Shown: positions 1 through 11,463, counted from the stretch's first letter. The stretch is 64,000 bases of DNA from an uncultured Methanoregulaceae archaeon (GCA_963701095.1 OY969564.1:1536001-1600000), one strand, 5' to 3'. Notes: generated by a model not told the origin, from the sequence alone. Translations and numbers: made by a program.

Positions 1-1
1 T

Positions 2-580
2 GATATCGGGATCCAGTCCATGTCAGGTGCCTTTGAACGGGGCACCGATTTTCTGTATATCTGCTACGATAACGAAGCGTATGGGAATACCGGTATGCAG
101 CGATCGGGTGCAACCCCACTTGGGGCAAAGACCACTACAACGCCGACCGGAAAGACTGTAGAAAAGAAAGATATCGATGCTATTGCAGCTGCCCATCATC
201 TCGAATATATGGCCACTGCCTGCAGCGCATACCCGCTGGATATCTACAAAAAAGTGGCAAAAGCGCTAACATACCGAGGCCCGACTTTTATCCATATCCT
301 TGCTCCCTGCCCACCGGGGTGGCGATACCCGACAGAGAAAACAATCGAGATGGGAAAACTCGCGGTTAAATCCGGCATGTGGGTACTTTACGAACGTGAA
401 CACGGGAAACTCACGATAACAGCACCTTCGAAGGCAGCGATGAAAAAACCTATCCCCCTCGAAGATTACCTCGCCCTCCAGGGCCGGTTCTCGGGCATCG
501 ATAAAAAATCGCTCGAGATCCTCAAACAGCAGCTCGCGGCAAACCTCAAAAAACTCGCAGCAGAGGAGGCGGAACCATGA
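2..580 (+). CDS. porB: Pyruvate/2-oxoacid:ferredoxin oxidoreductase beta subunit (5' truncated by window)
   Basis: TPP-binding motif YDNEAYGNTGMQRSGATP; APCPPGW. Confidence 0.9.
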   Translation, partial: DIGIQSMSGAFERGTDFLYICYDNEAYGNTGMQRSGATPLGAKTTTTPTGKTVEKKDIDAIAAAHHLEYMATACSAYPLDIYKKVAKALTYRGPTFIHILAPCPPGWRYPTEKTIEMGKLAVKSGMWVLYEREHGKLTITAPSKAAMKKPIPLEDYLALQGRFSGIDKKSLEILKQQLAANLKKLAAEEAEP

Positions 581-1690
581 GAAAGATCGCAACCGGCAAC
601 AAAGCGATCGCCGAAGCGGTCAAACAGGCATTGCCTGCCGTCGTAGCAGCCTACCCGATCACGCCTCAGACCGAAATTGTCGAAACTATTGCAGACTATG
701 TCACAAGCGGCCAGATGAAGAGTCGTTACATCCCGGTCGAAAGTGAACATTCAGCAATGGCTGCCTGTATCGGGGCGGGCATTACGGGCGTACGGACATT
801 TACCGCGACAAGTGCACATGGTCTTCTCTACATGCACGAGATGACCAACTGGGCCGCTGGAGCGCGTCTACCAATAGTGATGGCAAACGTGAACCGGTCG
901 CTTGGACCCGGCTGGAACATCTGGGCCGAACATACCGATTCGATGCAGGAACGGGACACGGGCTGGCTCCAGGTATATGTCTCCACCGTGCAGGAAGCGT
1001 ATGATACAACCCTGATGGCATTCCGGATTGCTGAACACAACGATGTCCTGCTGCCGGTAATGGTCAACCTCGACGGGTTTTCCCTTTCTCACATAATGCA
1101 ACCGCTGGATACGGTCGAACCGGGAGATTTTATCCCACCACTTCATCTTCCTCACGCAATTGATACCAACAATCCAGCCGGGTATGGCGGCCTTACCGGA
1201 CCCGACCAGCATTTCCGGTTCAGATGGGAAATCGAACGATCGATGCGCGACTCGGTGAAAGTAATAGCGGCAACCGAGAAGGATTTTGCAGACCGATTCG
1301 GTCGCAGCTATGGTCCGACGGAGGAATACTTGTGCGAAGATGCCGATATTATCCTCATCGCTATGGGCACATTCGGGAAAGAAGTCTGAGGTAGCCATCG
1401 ACATCCTCCGGAAAGAGGGTATAAAGGCTGGGTCAATGCGACTGCGCTGGTTCCGGCCGTTCCCGAAACTTGACCTTGCCGGAAAAGAAATCGTCGTAAT
1501 CGACCGGGACTATTCCTTTGGGTTTGGCGGGATTCTTGCCCACGAGATTATGGCCCAGAACCGGTGCGAAGTATACAGTGTTATCGCTGGCCTTGGCGGG
1601 CAGGAAGTGACCTACGATGACTTAGCTGAGTTTGTCCGAAAGCGTCGCATGGGAAAAGAATTCTGGTTCGGGGTGACCGGGCATGTTTGA
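577..1690 (+). CDS. porA: 2-oxoacid:ferredoxin oxidoreductase alpha subunit (1-nt frameshift ~1385, probable sequencing error)
   Basis: AYPITPQT, ESEHSAM; continues into second frame GLGGQEVT. Confidence 0.9.
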
Positions 1691-2210
1691 AATCAGAATC
1701 CATTCCCGGGGCGGCCAAGGTGGTGTTACCGCAGCCCGGCTCCTCGCAACAGCCGCGCTTCACGACGGCAAATACGCAACTGCCTGCCCCTTCTATGGTG
1801 CAGAACGCCGAGGTGCGCCTGTCGTTTCTTTTGTCCGGATCGATGATCGCCCTATCCGGGTCTACAGCCAGATCAGAAACCCTGACCTCGTCGTGGTACT
1901 TGACGCAAGCGTCATGGAAACCGTTGATGTCCTGAACGGTTTAAAAAAAGGAGGCCGGGTACTCGTTAACAGCGCACACAACCAGGAATTTGCAGGGTTT
2001 GCAACATTCAACGTCGATCTGACCGGGATTGCCCTAAGAGAGAAACTGGTGGTTGCCGGAAGCCCGATCCTGAATACACCGGTTCTTGGGGCTCTTGCAA
2101 AAATGGGAGTTATCTCGGCCGAGTCGGCAAAAGAGGCGATCCGGGGGATGTTTGCCGATGAACGTAACGTCAATGCGGCCGACGCGGCCTATAAGGAGAT
2201 GAGTATATGA
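1683..2210 (+). CDS. porG: 2-oxoacid:ferredoxin oxidoreductase gamma subunit
   Basis: EIRIHSRGGQGGVT, YGAERRGAPV. Confidence 0.9.
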   Translation: MFEIRIHSRGGQGGVTAARLLATAALHDGKYATACPFYGAERRGAPVVSFVRIDDRPIRVYSQIRNPDLVVVLDASVMETVDVLNGLKKGGRVLVNSAHNQEFAGFATFNVDLTGIALREKLVVAGSPILNTPVLGALAKMGVISAESAKEAIRGMFADERNVNAADAAYKEMSI

Positions 2211-2467
2211 GCAGCAGTACAAAACGCGAGTGTCTGGCTATAAGCCGGCCGATAGAAGGAGCTGCCGGGCAGACCGGGTCGTGGCGGGTATTCCGGCCCG
2301 TCGTCGACAAAGAGAAATGTAACGCGTGCGGGTTCTGTTCGATGTACTGCCCGGACTGTGCGATCGATGAAGAACTCCTTGTTGACCTTAGGTTCTGTAA
2401 GGGTTGTGGCATCTGTGCGAACGAATGCCCAAAAAAGGCCATTACTATGGTGCGGGAGGAAAAATAA
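2207..2467 (+). CDS. porD: 2-oxoacid:ferredoxin oxidoreductase delta subunit (2x[4Fe-4S])
   Basis: TGSWRVFRP; CNACGFCSMYCP and CKGCGICANECP. Confidence 0.9.
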   Translation: MSSSTKRECLAISRPIEGAAGQTGSWRVFRPVVDKEKCNACGFCSMYCPDCAIDEELLVDLRFCKGCGICANECPKKAITMVREEK

Positions 2468-2642
2468 TCTAGCTGTAAAATTTATTTTTTTAGAGACACC
2501 ATAGTCTGAACGCCTAACAGAGGGTTTTTGCACGCCATGAGAAGTGCCTTTTGTCGGCGAAGGATGCAATCTTCAGGTGGAGATGCAATTCGCAACCTTT
2601 TTTATGCTCAGCTCTAATATACCGAAACAGGGGTTTATTTCT

Positions 2643-3368
2643 TTGAACAGCAGGAGTTTTGGGGATACAAGGGATCTATTCAAGTTCGATCTGGTACGGC
2701 ATATTATGAAATCTCTACCTGAACTTGCGGGGTTTACCTTTGTCCCGATGCTGACCGGAACTGAGGGGAAAGGGCACCGAAAAAATGCAGGAACGCAGAA
2801 CCTAGACAAGGCTTATCGTTCAGGAAAAGCCGGAAGCCAGAACCAGGATCTCCGGGAACACTTAACACGGCTTCAGGAAATCGATAACGATCTTGAGTAT
2901 ATCAATGGCGTCTCCACGTATTTCGAAAATGAAACGATCCTGATTGATATCCCTGGTAAGCAACGGTTCACAAACCATGATCGCGACACCTATTTTAGAT
3001 CGGTATTTAATAAATTCCCCAAAAATTCGCTTATTTTTGTTGATCCGGATACCGGCCTTAAGACAGATAGCCCGGATAATAAACACCTGCTTTATTCCGA
3101 AATAAAAGCAGTCTTAAACCGGATGGACAGCGGTTCGATTCTCATGATCTATCAGCATTTTCCCAAAGGGAACCATGAAGACTTTATCAGGACTACAGCA
3201 GGGGAGCTCGAAAAGTGGACCAACGTATATCCTGCCATTATTACCGATGCAGAAGTTGTCTTTTTTATCCTTACAAAAAACCAAAAACTCGCAGTCCACC
3301 TTAATGATGTCATTGAATGCTACGCAGATACCTATCCGGCTCTCCAGTGCATGAACTCAGAGGGATAA
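2643..3368 (+). CDS. Conserved hypothetical protein, possible methyltransferase-like fold; start uncertain (TTG 2643)
   Basis: FGDTRDLFKFDL N-terminus and IFVDPDTGL motif. Confidence 0.55.
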   Translation: MNSRSFGDTRDLFKFDLVRHIMKSLPELAGFTFVPMLTGTEGKGHRKNAGTQNLDKAYRSGKAGSQNQDLREHLTRLQEIDNDLEYINGVSTYFENETILIDIPGKQRFTNHDRDTYFRSVFNKFPKNSLIFVDPDTGLKTDSPDNKHLLYSEIKAVLNRMDSGSILMIYQHFPKGNHEDFIRTTAGELEKWTNVYPAIITDAEVVFFILTKNQKLAVHLNDVIECYADTYPALQCMNSEG

Positions 3369-3378
3369 AACCATGTTT

Positions 3379-3780
3379 CTAGGGACAGAATGAATGTTCC
3401 AAGACAACATCAGCCGGCTTGCTATCCGATGTATCCTTTGCCATATATTCGAAATTGAACCGATACAGGTGAGTGAAACGGCAGTTCCGGCATCGTACTG
3501 TGATAGTACGGCAACTGACGGTGATATCATGAGGCCCGTCAACCCCACAGTTTCTGCACACTGCCGGTGCCGCTAGAGACCAGACCGGCCAGGGTCCCGG
3601 TTTTGTAAACACACTTTCTATATCCACATCCTCGTTAAGGGGTATGAACACCCGGGTAGCCCCGCAATTCCTGCAGGTGACATCAGTCCGGTTGGGCATA
3701 ACATGAATATGTTGATCAGCAGGTTGCCGGCAGTGGTAACAATCGGTGTGATAATTTGCGCTGATGAACTTACCATCCAT
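3379..3780 (-). CDS. Hypothetical protein with duplicated zinc ribbon
   Basis: Four CxxC pairs (CYHC, CRNC x3) in two similar halves. Confidence 0.7.
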   Translation of the reverse strand: MDGKFISANYHTDCYHCRQPADQHIHVMPNRTDVTCRNCGATRVFIPLNEDVDIESVFTKPGPWPVWSLAAPAVCRNCGVDGPHDITVSCRTITVRCRNCRFTHLYRFNFEYMAKDTSDSKPADVVLEHSFCP

Positions 3781-3979
3781 GAGGGAGTGTTGTAGATCCG
3801 GGGCATCATTAACCTGTCGCAATAGGAAAATGTCCGGAAAGGCGGTATCATGAATAACGATTGTTTCACGTCAGGAGCGAAATATATTCCATGATTCAGG
3901 TTCTATTTTGAATTTGCGCAGGATTTAGCCGTGAAAAATGGTAAGTTTCTTTATTATAGACGATTTACGTGTACACCGT

Positions 3980-4543
3980 ATGAAACTGCTCATGGGATTT
4001 ATTATCCTTCTTGTTGCACTGGTGGCAATCACCGGGTGCACCCAACCTGCATCGACTTCTGCACAGAACACAACCACTGCCCCGATTACTGAAATAACAA
4101 CAGTAGCAACACCTGTTGCAACCACAGTCGCTACCACGGTACCAGTTACAACTTTAGCAATAGTTGCAAATGTAACTGCCCCGGTTGTAAATGTTACTAC
4201 TGCAGCAACAATGGCACCTGTAAATGTTACCCCCACGTTAACTCCTGCGTCCGGTGTTACCACCATTCATATCACCAGTACCGGGTTTACGCCCCAGACA
4301 GATATTGTCCTCCCGGGCACAGGTGTATCCTTTGTAAACAGTGACAATGTTTCTCTATCGATTATGACTATAGGAAATAACACTGGCGTATTCAACTCCG
4401 GTCAGATAATTCCGAAAAGTGCATTCCAGTATACGTTCAGCCAGAATGCTGGTACATATGTTTACCAATTATCGAACAACGCAAATGTTAATGGAACGAT
4501 CATTGTAACGTCCCCATCAAACGCTAACCATTCATCATCCTAA
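3980..4543 (+). CDS. Lipoprotein with Thr-rich linker and cupredoxin-like domain
   Basis: Hydrophobic signal + ITGC lipobox; GFTPQ..GTGVSFVNSD..FNSG..FQYTF..GTYVY..GTIIV. Confidence 0.7.
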   Translation: MKLLMGFIILLVALVAITGCTQPASTSAQNTTTAPITEITTVATPVATTVATTVPVTTLAIVANVTAPVVNVTTAATMAPVNVTPTLTPASGVTTIHITSTGFTPQTDIVLPGTGVSFVNSDNVSLSIMTIGNNTGVFNSGQIIPKSAFQYTFSQNAGTYVYQLSNNANVNGTIIVTSPSNANHSSS

Positions 4544-4774
4544 CCCCTCTCTTTTTTAGTTTAACAATCTGTAACAATTATGTTACGGCGTGTTATTGTA
4601 AACGCCGAAGATCTTTTCTCAGTGGATTGATACCGGGAAATCAAAACAAGGCATCCCGTCCTTTACTTCCATGTGTAAACTACGCGTAAGTTGCTTAACC
4701 AATTTGTAATTCCCCACTAGGATAATAAAAATCGGTGAGTGAAATGAGTAAAAAAGTTAAAAATTTTGAGGGGA

Positions 4775-6428
4775 TTAGTAGTCGCCCATGCCGGGCATTC
4801 CGCCCATGCCACCCATGCCCGGGGGCATGCCGCCGGCACCGGTGCGGGCCGGGGGACTTCGAGGAGGCTATAACATCATCAATGCGGAGGATCATGATCG
4901 CCGCTTCTGCTGCTGATGAGATCGCCTGTGTCTTGACACGGAGCGGCTCAACAACGCCGGCTGCTTTCATATCGACAGCTTTTCCTTCGAACACGTTGAG
5001 ACCGTAATTTTTCTTGCCCTTCTCATGGGTAGAACGAATCTCTACAAGCATATCGATAGGATCGAGACCTGCATTCTCTGCAAGGGTCCGCGGGATGATC
5101 TCGAGTGCAACTGCAAAGGCCTCGATAGCGAGCTGTTCCTTGCCACCGACTGTTGCCGCGTACTCGCGGAGACGGAGTGAAAGCTCGGTCTCGGGTGCAC
5201 CGCCGCCGGCGACTACCTTCTTGTCCTCGACTACGACACCGACAACACGGAGTGCGTCGTGGATGGCGCGCTCAAGCTCGTCGACGACGTGCTCAGTGCC
5301 GCCCTTGACAATGATGGAGACCGCCTTTGGGTTCTTGCACTGCTCGACAAAGGTCATCGCTTCTCCGGATACCTTGCGCTCTTCGACAAGACCGGCATGG
5401 CCGATTTCTTCCTTGCTGATCGCGTCAATACTGGAAACAAGGCTGCCCCCGGTTGCCCGGGCAAGCTTCTCCATGTCGCTCTTCTTGACACGGCGGACGG
5501 CAAAGATACCGGCCTTTGCAAGGTAGTGTTGGGCGATGTCATCAATACCCTTCTGGCAGAAGAGGACGTTTGCGCCGCTTGCAACTATCTTCTCGACGAT
5601 ATTCTTGACCATGCGTTCCTCTTCGTCGAGGAATGCCTGTAACTGGTCGGGGTGGGTGATGTTGATTTCGGCGTCGACTTCGGTCTTCTTGAACTCGACT
5701 GCTGCGTTAAGAAGAAGTATCTTTGCGTTGGTTACCTTCTTTGGCATTGCCGGGTGAACACGCTCCTTGTCGACGAGAACACCTTCAACAATCTCTGAAT
5801 CCTCAATGCTGCCGCCGGTTTTCTTCTCAACCTTGATGTTATCGATATCGACGGTACCGTCAGCATCAGTAACCATGGTAACAGCCCTGACAACGAGGTC
5901 ACAAAGCTTATCCTTACTTGCCTCTGCACCCTTGCCGGTCATCGCAGTGCCTGCGATGTTCTTTAAAAGTGCTTTATCGGTTGACTTTACGTCGAACGCA
6001 ATGTCCTGGAGAAGCGCCTGTGCCTTCTCTGCTGCCATGCGGTAACCGTGAGCGATAACCGTCGGGTGGACATCCTGTTCGAGAAGTGACTCAGCCTTCT
6101 TTAAAAGTTCTCCACCGATAACGACAGCGGTGGTTGTTCCGTCGCCGACCTCATCATCCTGGGTCTTTGCAACCTCGACCATCATCTTAGCGGCCGGGTG
6201 CTCGATGTCCATTTCCTTTAAGATGGTGACGCCATCGTTTGTAATCACAACATCGCCGATGGTATCAACAAGCATCTTGTCCATACCTTTGGGGCCGAGT
6301 GTGGTCCTGACTGCGCTGGCAACTGCCATCGCAGCGGTAATGTTCATACCCTGGGCATCACGGCCCCGGGTACGGTTGGTACCTTCCTTAAGAATGAGAA
6401 TTGGTTGTCCTCCAAGTTGTTGCGACAT
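4775..6428 (-). CDS. ths: Thermosome (group II chaperonin) subunit; frameshift ~4840, GGM tail ends at 4775
   Basis: [39 protein letters not shown] in shifted frame. Confidence 0.97.
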
Positions 6429-6888
6429 AAAATTATCACCACTTTTAGCACTAAAATTGGTTTGTGGGTCTATATAAAATTTACCTGTGTTGGTTCTGGT
6501 GTGGCACTGTCGAAAGACTGTTCTACCTTCGTGCGCTCTCCCTGAATATTCCGTTCATGCTTCCAAGGATATTGTTGTTCGGCCTCGTTTCAAAGTCATT
6601 CAGGCGCACATGTGAATTTTGTATTCAGGCAAACCCGGATTATCCGCCTTGATTGCCTCAGGGTAAGCCGGTAGTTCATCCAGGAGAATCCCTTGTCAAC
6701 AACAGATCTCTAACCACGCTCTCTCTTCTTTTCCCTGTCAGCTTTTTCCGGTTCAGGTATCCTTAAAAATGAAAACGAAAGATGTTTTTTAAAACACATA
6801 CAAAAATCATCGGGGTGATACTGAACAAATGATTGTAGCATGTCCACATCTTTTACGTCGTATGGATATATTCGTGCAAGCTCTGATC

Positions 6889-7113
6889 TGGACAGACAAA
6901 AATCGGACTCTTTAGAAACGGACATGAATGGACGTTCCATACAAACCATGAAAATCGAATACCAAAACGTTGTTTTGATGATATCTGGTAAACATATTTG
7001 ATTTTCGTGAGACACAAATATCTTAAATGGTTGTACCGATATCCCAAAGAGTGAGGGGTGGCGTTTCCTTACCTTTTATGCAAAATCAAACGGTGAGAAC
7101 ACACAATAATGTC
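6889..7113. repeat. Copy A of a dispersed bipartite non-coding element
   Basis: TGGACAGACAAAAATCGG (6889-6906) and 54-nt core 7060-7113 match 46619-46636 and 46690-46743. Confidence 0.75.
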
Positions 7114-7185
7114 AGAAATTCTCGAAATCACCCTGGAACATAAAAAAGATTACTTTTTTTCCATTAATAAGGTAATAATCGTGGT

Positions 7186-8140
7186 TCACGAATCGGAGTT
7201 ATATGGATCGAATCCGACATCGCCGATCAAATCGAGCAGCTCGGAACTGTCACGGATATGGTGCAGCCGGTCCTCACCGATGAGAAGGGTACGCCCAATC
7301 TTCTTTTCATGATGATAATCGGTGATAATACACATCGCGTGCTTCTTTGCAATCTTTGAAAGGTTACTGATAAGGGCAGCGCGTTTGATAACCTTCTGCG
7401 CCGGGCCATACCCCGTCATAATGGTATGCTTATCGAATGTGAGGAGCGCCTGGAACGGTGCGCCCCGGAGCATGTGGAGCTGCATCCCTCAGCTGTTCGA
7501 GGAATTCGATGGGAACACCCGGGCCGACTTTTCTCTTTTGTCCCTCATGTCCCGGTTCTGCAGGTTCGCGGCGAACGATATCGATAGATTCGACAACCCC
7601 GGTATTGAAATACTCCTCGATCCGGATGGCGACTTCGAGCGTAGTGCCCATACCACTTTCGTACTTGCTGATCGTGCGACGAGATACACCGAGAATATGG
7701 CCCAGATCGCCAAGCGACATATTCTGACGCTCACGGAGTTCTCGTATGACATCACCATTAATGTTAACGTACAGACCACCGGGAGATGCGTAAACCAGGG
7801 GAGGAATTTTCTCCACAAAATAATCGTACAATGTTGCGACGCTGATAGCGTAGATGCCGTACCTAACATAGACTGCACCCCGTTCGAGCTCCGCTTCACG
7901 TGCGCGTTCGCCAACAATAAGAGGTACGCCTCCTAGGTGCTGGGCGATAACGTCAAGATCAAATGCCGCTTCCTCGCTCACAGAATCAATATGTATAACG
8001 ACCTTGATTACAAGCAGTGTCCCGTTATTGCGTGCTATGAGATCAAAACTCCTCGGGCGGAGGGTAAACTTCTCCGATACCTCAAATCCCGCTGAAATCA
8101 TCACGCTGGTAACCAGCTGGAGTTGGCGTTCCTGAGACAT
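7186..8140 (-). CDS. Archaeal XRE-type HTH transcriptional regulator with N-terminal nuclease-like domain; frameshift ~7489
   Basis: PRSFDLIAR, YASPGGLYV, SLGDLGHILGVSRRTISKYESG; divergent from tiaS. Confidence 0.85.
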
Positions 8141-8183
8141 GCAGTTACAAATGGATGGAGCGTACCCATATATTAATATAGAT

Positions 8184-9410
8184 ATGCTGATCGGCGTCGA
8201 TGACACGGACTCCCCCAAAGGCATGTGCACCACGTATCTTGGTGCCGTACTCGCACGGCGGTTGATCCATAACCATATGCGGGTCCGGGAGGCACGACTC
8301 GTCCGGCTCAACCCGAATGTGACTTTCAAGACCCGGGGAAACGCAGCGATTGCCCTCGATGTGGAGGGAGATCCTGAACAGGCTTTTTCACTTGCCTGTG
8401 ACATCGTCGAGGAGCTTGCCGATTTTTCCTGCGAGAATACCAATCCCGGTGTTGTAGTGACAGAGACGCATCTTGATCCGGCCTTCTACCGGCAGGCAGT
8501 GACAGATTTCTGCGAGATCGATGAGGCTGTGAATCTGCTTGAAACTGCCGGGGCTCGGTTCCGGGGCTGGAAGAACTGGCGCGGACTTATTGGTGCAACA
8601 GCAGCCGTCGCAAGTTTGTTTCATGATACAACTTATGAAATCCTCACATATCGTGATCCTTCACGAGGGGGTATAAAGCGTGAAGTAGACCGGGAGAGCC
8701 TCTTTGCAGCAGAAGACTCGACGTATCCGCATACATGGGATACGGTCGATTTTGCAAACCAGGTAGTGGTGTGCGTGCCACACACGCCGGACCCGGTCCT
8801 CTTTGGGATCCGGGGCGAGAGCCCTTCCTGGATAATGATAGCCCGATCCCTGATTGTATCAGAAAAACCTGTAATTGAACAGATCTGGGTTACCAACCAG
8901 GGAACCGACGCCCACCTTCTTCCCGGGACCTGCGGATCCCTCCGTGAAGGACGTTCGTACCGGGTACAGGGGATTGTTACCATCCCCCCAAAAACCACCA
9001 TCGGAGGTCATGTTTCGTTTTCGATCTGTGACAATTCTACAGAAACCCGGTGCATGGCTTATGAACCGACAAAAAAATTCCGGAATATCGTGCGGGAACT
9101 GGTTCCTGGCGACCGTATTGTGGCTGTCGGGAGTTACAAGAAAGAAAGTGTTAATTTGGAAAAGATCTGCCTGGTTTCTCTTGCACGTGACATCCACGTA
9201 AAAGCACCGGTTTGTTCCATATGCAGCAGCCGCATGACAAGCGCCGGGAAAGATAAAGGATTCAAGTGCCGGAAATGCGGGGCACGTTCAAAGGACGCAG
9301 AAGTGACAGAAATTCCCCGAACAATTTGTGCGGGATGGTATGAAGTTCCGCCCACTGCGAGAAGGCATCTCGCAAAACCGCTGTGCAGAGGATTCCCGGA
9401 TACCCCGTAG
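8184..9410 (+). CDS. tiaS: tRNA(Ile2) 2-agmatinylcytidine synthetase
   Basis: IGVDDTDS..GMCTTY, RLNPNVTFKTRGN, OB fold, C-terminal Zn ribbon, ARRHLAKPL. Confidence 0.95.
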   Translation: MLIGVDDTDSPKGMCTTYLGAVLARRLIHNHMRVREARLVRLNPNVTFKTRGNAAIALDVEGDPEQAFSLACDIVEELADFSCENTNPGVVVTETHLDPAFYRQAVTDFCEIDEAVNLLETAGARFRGWKNWRGLIGATAAVASLFHDTTYEILTYRDPSRGGIKREVDRESLFAAEDSTYPHTWDTVDFANQVVVCVPHTPDPVLFGIRGESPSWIMIARSLIVSEKPVIEQIWVTNQGTDAHLLPGTCGSLREGRSYRVQGIVTIPPKTTIGGHVSFSICDNSTETRCMAYEPTKKFRNIVRELVPGDRIVAVGSYKKESVNLEKICLVSLARDIHVKAPVCSICSSRMTSAGKDKGFKCRKCGARSKDAEVTEIPRTICAGWYEVPPTARRHLAKPLCRGFPDTP

Positions 9411-9426
9411 TTTTTTCCGGGGCATT

Positions 9427-11463
9427 TTACGATCGAAACTGGCTCGATTCCACAATTGCGATTTCTGCTACTGAAAGCCCGTATATCCCATATACCAACG
9501 AATCGATCTGTTTATTGGTCGAGTCAATCTCCCGCCCAATCAGCTGTTTCTCCCGTTCTGTCGTTGCATGACTAAGATGCTGGTGAAGATCGAGCATTTC
9601 TGTTACCAGCTTTTCCAGCCGGTCATGCCGGGTCCGGTCGGTGGCATTATCAAGATCCGGCGTATAGACCGGGAACTGCCCGATGATCTCCCCGGGATGC
9701 TCATCGCCAGACTCGCTTTTAGCGAGATGTGCAAACACGAACGCAGCAAGCCTGCTGTTGAGGAGACCAAGAAGGAACCGGCTCCGGAGGGGATAATGCC
9801 AAAATGGTTTCCAGTTGCTTTCGGGCTCCTTCCCAGGGTAAAACAGGGCGGGAAAGACTCAAGTAAAAAAATAATCCGGGGTTTCTCCTCCTGTTCCATA
9901 TCCTGGCCAGTTGCATGACGATATAGGATCCCACCAAGTACAGATATCTCAAGAGGGGTTCCCTCTCGGGAAATTTTTTCAAAGAGTCTATCCTTACGGG
10001 TATCGCTGAAACGCCAGCCTCCCCCTGACAACTCCTGCTGATTCACCGGAAATGCTGAATCCGCGTCCCCGTAGTCCACCATAAACGGATGAGTAGGATA
10101 TGCGTTCGTGATCCTAAGAAAACATGAGGTCTCTCCCTTGTAGCTGGAGAACCGTATTTCTTCGATCTGCTGTTTAAGCAGCAGAGAACGTAGTGGAACA
10201 CCGGCCTTTGTGTTGAGCCACCAGGTGCAGGTCACAAAACAGGCTACGCCCCCAGGGCGCAAGAGCCTACACGCTTTTTCAATAAAAAATGCCGAAACCT
10301 TTGCTCCTGAATTATAGACACTATAATGCTGCTGGAAGTACTGCTGGAGCCATTCACGCACTGGGACCAGATTTTCAGGGGGACTGCATAAAACAACGTC
10401 AAAACCGCCAGGTGCAAGAATTTCAAAAAAATTCTCCTTCAAATCGAACATTTGAATTGTATGACGTTCATGTGCCGGGCAGAACGCCCATGATTCGTCA
10501 TCTGCGATCTCCGGGCTTATAAGGGCATTCCCGCATCGGATAGTACTCGAAAGGGTATGGAGCAGGTCACCAAATATTTCAAAAAAACCACCTTGAAGTG
10601 CCGTGGTATTATCATTTCCATAAACTGCAAACGCAAGCAGTATCCGGGAAACCGCCGCCGCATAGGGATCGATGTCTAGGCCAAAAAGTGTATGTTCAAG
10701 AAGGTCTTTTCGCTCCACAAACGTCCATCGGGTCTGATTTTTCCCACTGACGAGTCTATGGTACGCCCGAAGCAACAGGGAACCGGCACCGCACGCAGGA
10801 TCAAGAATGCGTAATGGGAGAGGGTCCTCATCAGACCGATTTACAAGAGCGGCGGCTAGTGTGCTCGATACTGCATAATCCAGAAAAACTGGATTTGGGA
10901 TAAAACAGACAGACTCTTTCCTGCCGATCAACAACTACTGCCTGATGGGCAGCAGACCGTCGTATCGTCCGGCTGAGGTACTGGTCGAACACACTTGCAA
11001 TCTCTTCAAGGGAAATCCGGGAAAAATGATAGGGTCGGTCTGCAGAAGCGAGCCTGGTGGCAATATTCCTGATTATCTTTTCGTCTATTACAGGATGTGT
11101 CTCCAAGACAGGTTTGTTGCGATGAGATATTCCTTTATCTTCATCGATCCCTGCCCAGAGATCTATCATGCCGGTAAAAAATTCTCCAAGTCTGACTTCG
11201 CTACTCTCTGCACTGGCGACCTGTAAAAGGGTACCAGGGGAGACGAGGCTACGATCTTCTGCCAGTGCGAGGATACAGAACCGAAACAGGATGCGGTATG
11301 TAGTAAGCGCAATCTCGTTACTCCTCAACCCGATATTGTTTCTGGCGATGGTCCTTGCGAGCTGTTCGCGCCATGAACAGAGATCTGAGAGCAGGATCGT
11401 CCCGGCACCATAATCTGAGGGTGTGTTCATCTCATTGTCAGGACCAGGATCAGGCCTTGGCAT
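9427..11463 (-). CDS. Degenerate type IIG/Eco57I-like DNA methyltransferase-specificity protein; two frameshifts (~10913, ~9780)
   Basis: ILDPACGAGSLL, LFGLDID, IRCGNAL, GGFDVVLCSPPE, C-terminal QIDSLVYGIYGLS. Confidence 0.75.

Noticed and set aside
4060..4265. Tandem-repeat-like low-complexity DNA
   Set aside because: It encodes the Thr/Val/Ala linker of a lipoprotein
6443..6456. CIRCE element before the thermosome gene
   Set aside because: Only TTAGCACT within a short dyad (TTTTAG-CA-CTAAAA); no N9-spaced second arm
6710..7047. ORFs of 101 and 64 aa in the intergenic gap
   Set aside because: No recognisable motifs, and they overlap the non-coding repeat; probably spurious
7430..8443. 337-aa ORF with a long N-terminal extension
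   Set aside because: The extension is antisense to tiaS; the real start is the ATG at 8140
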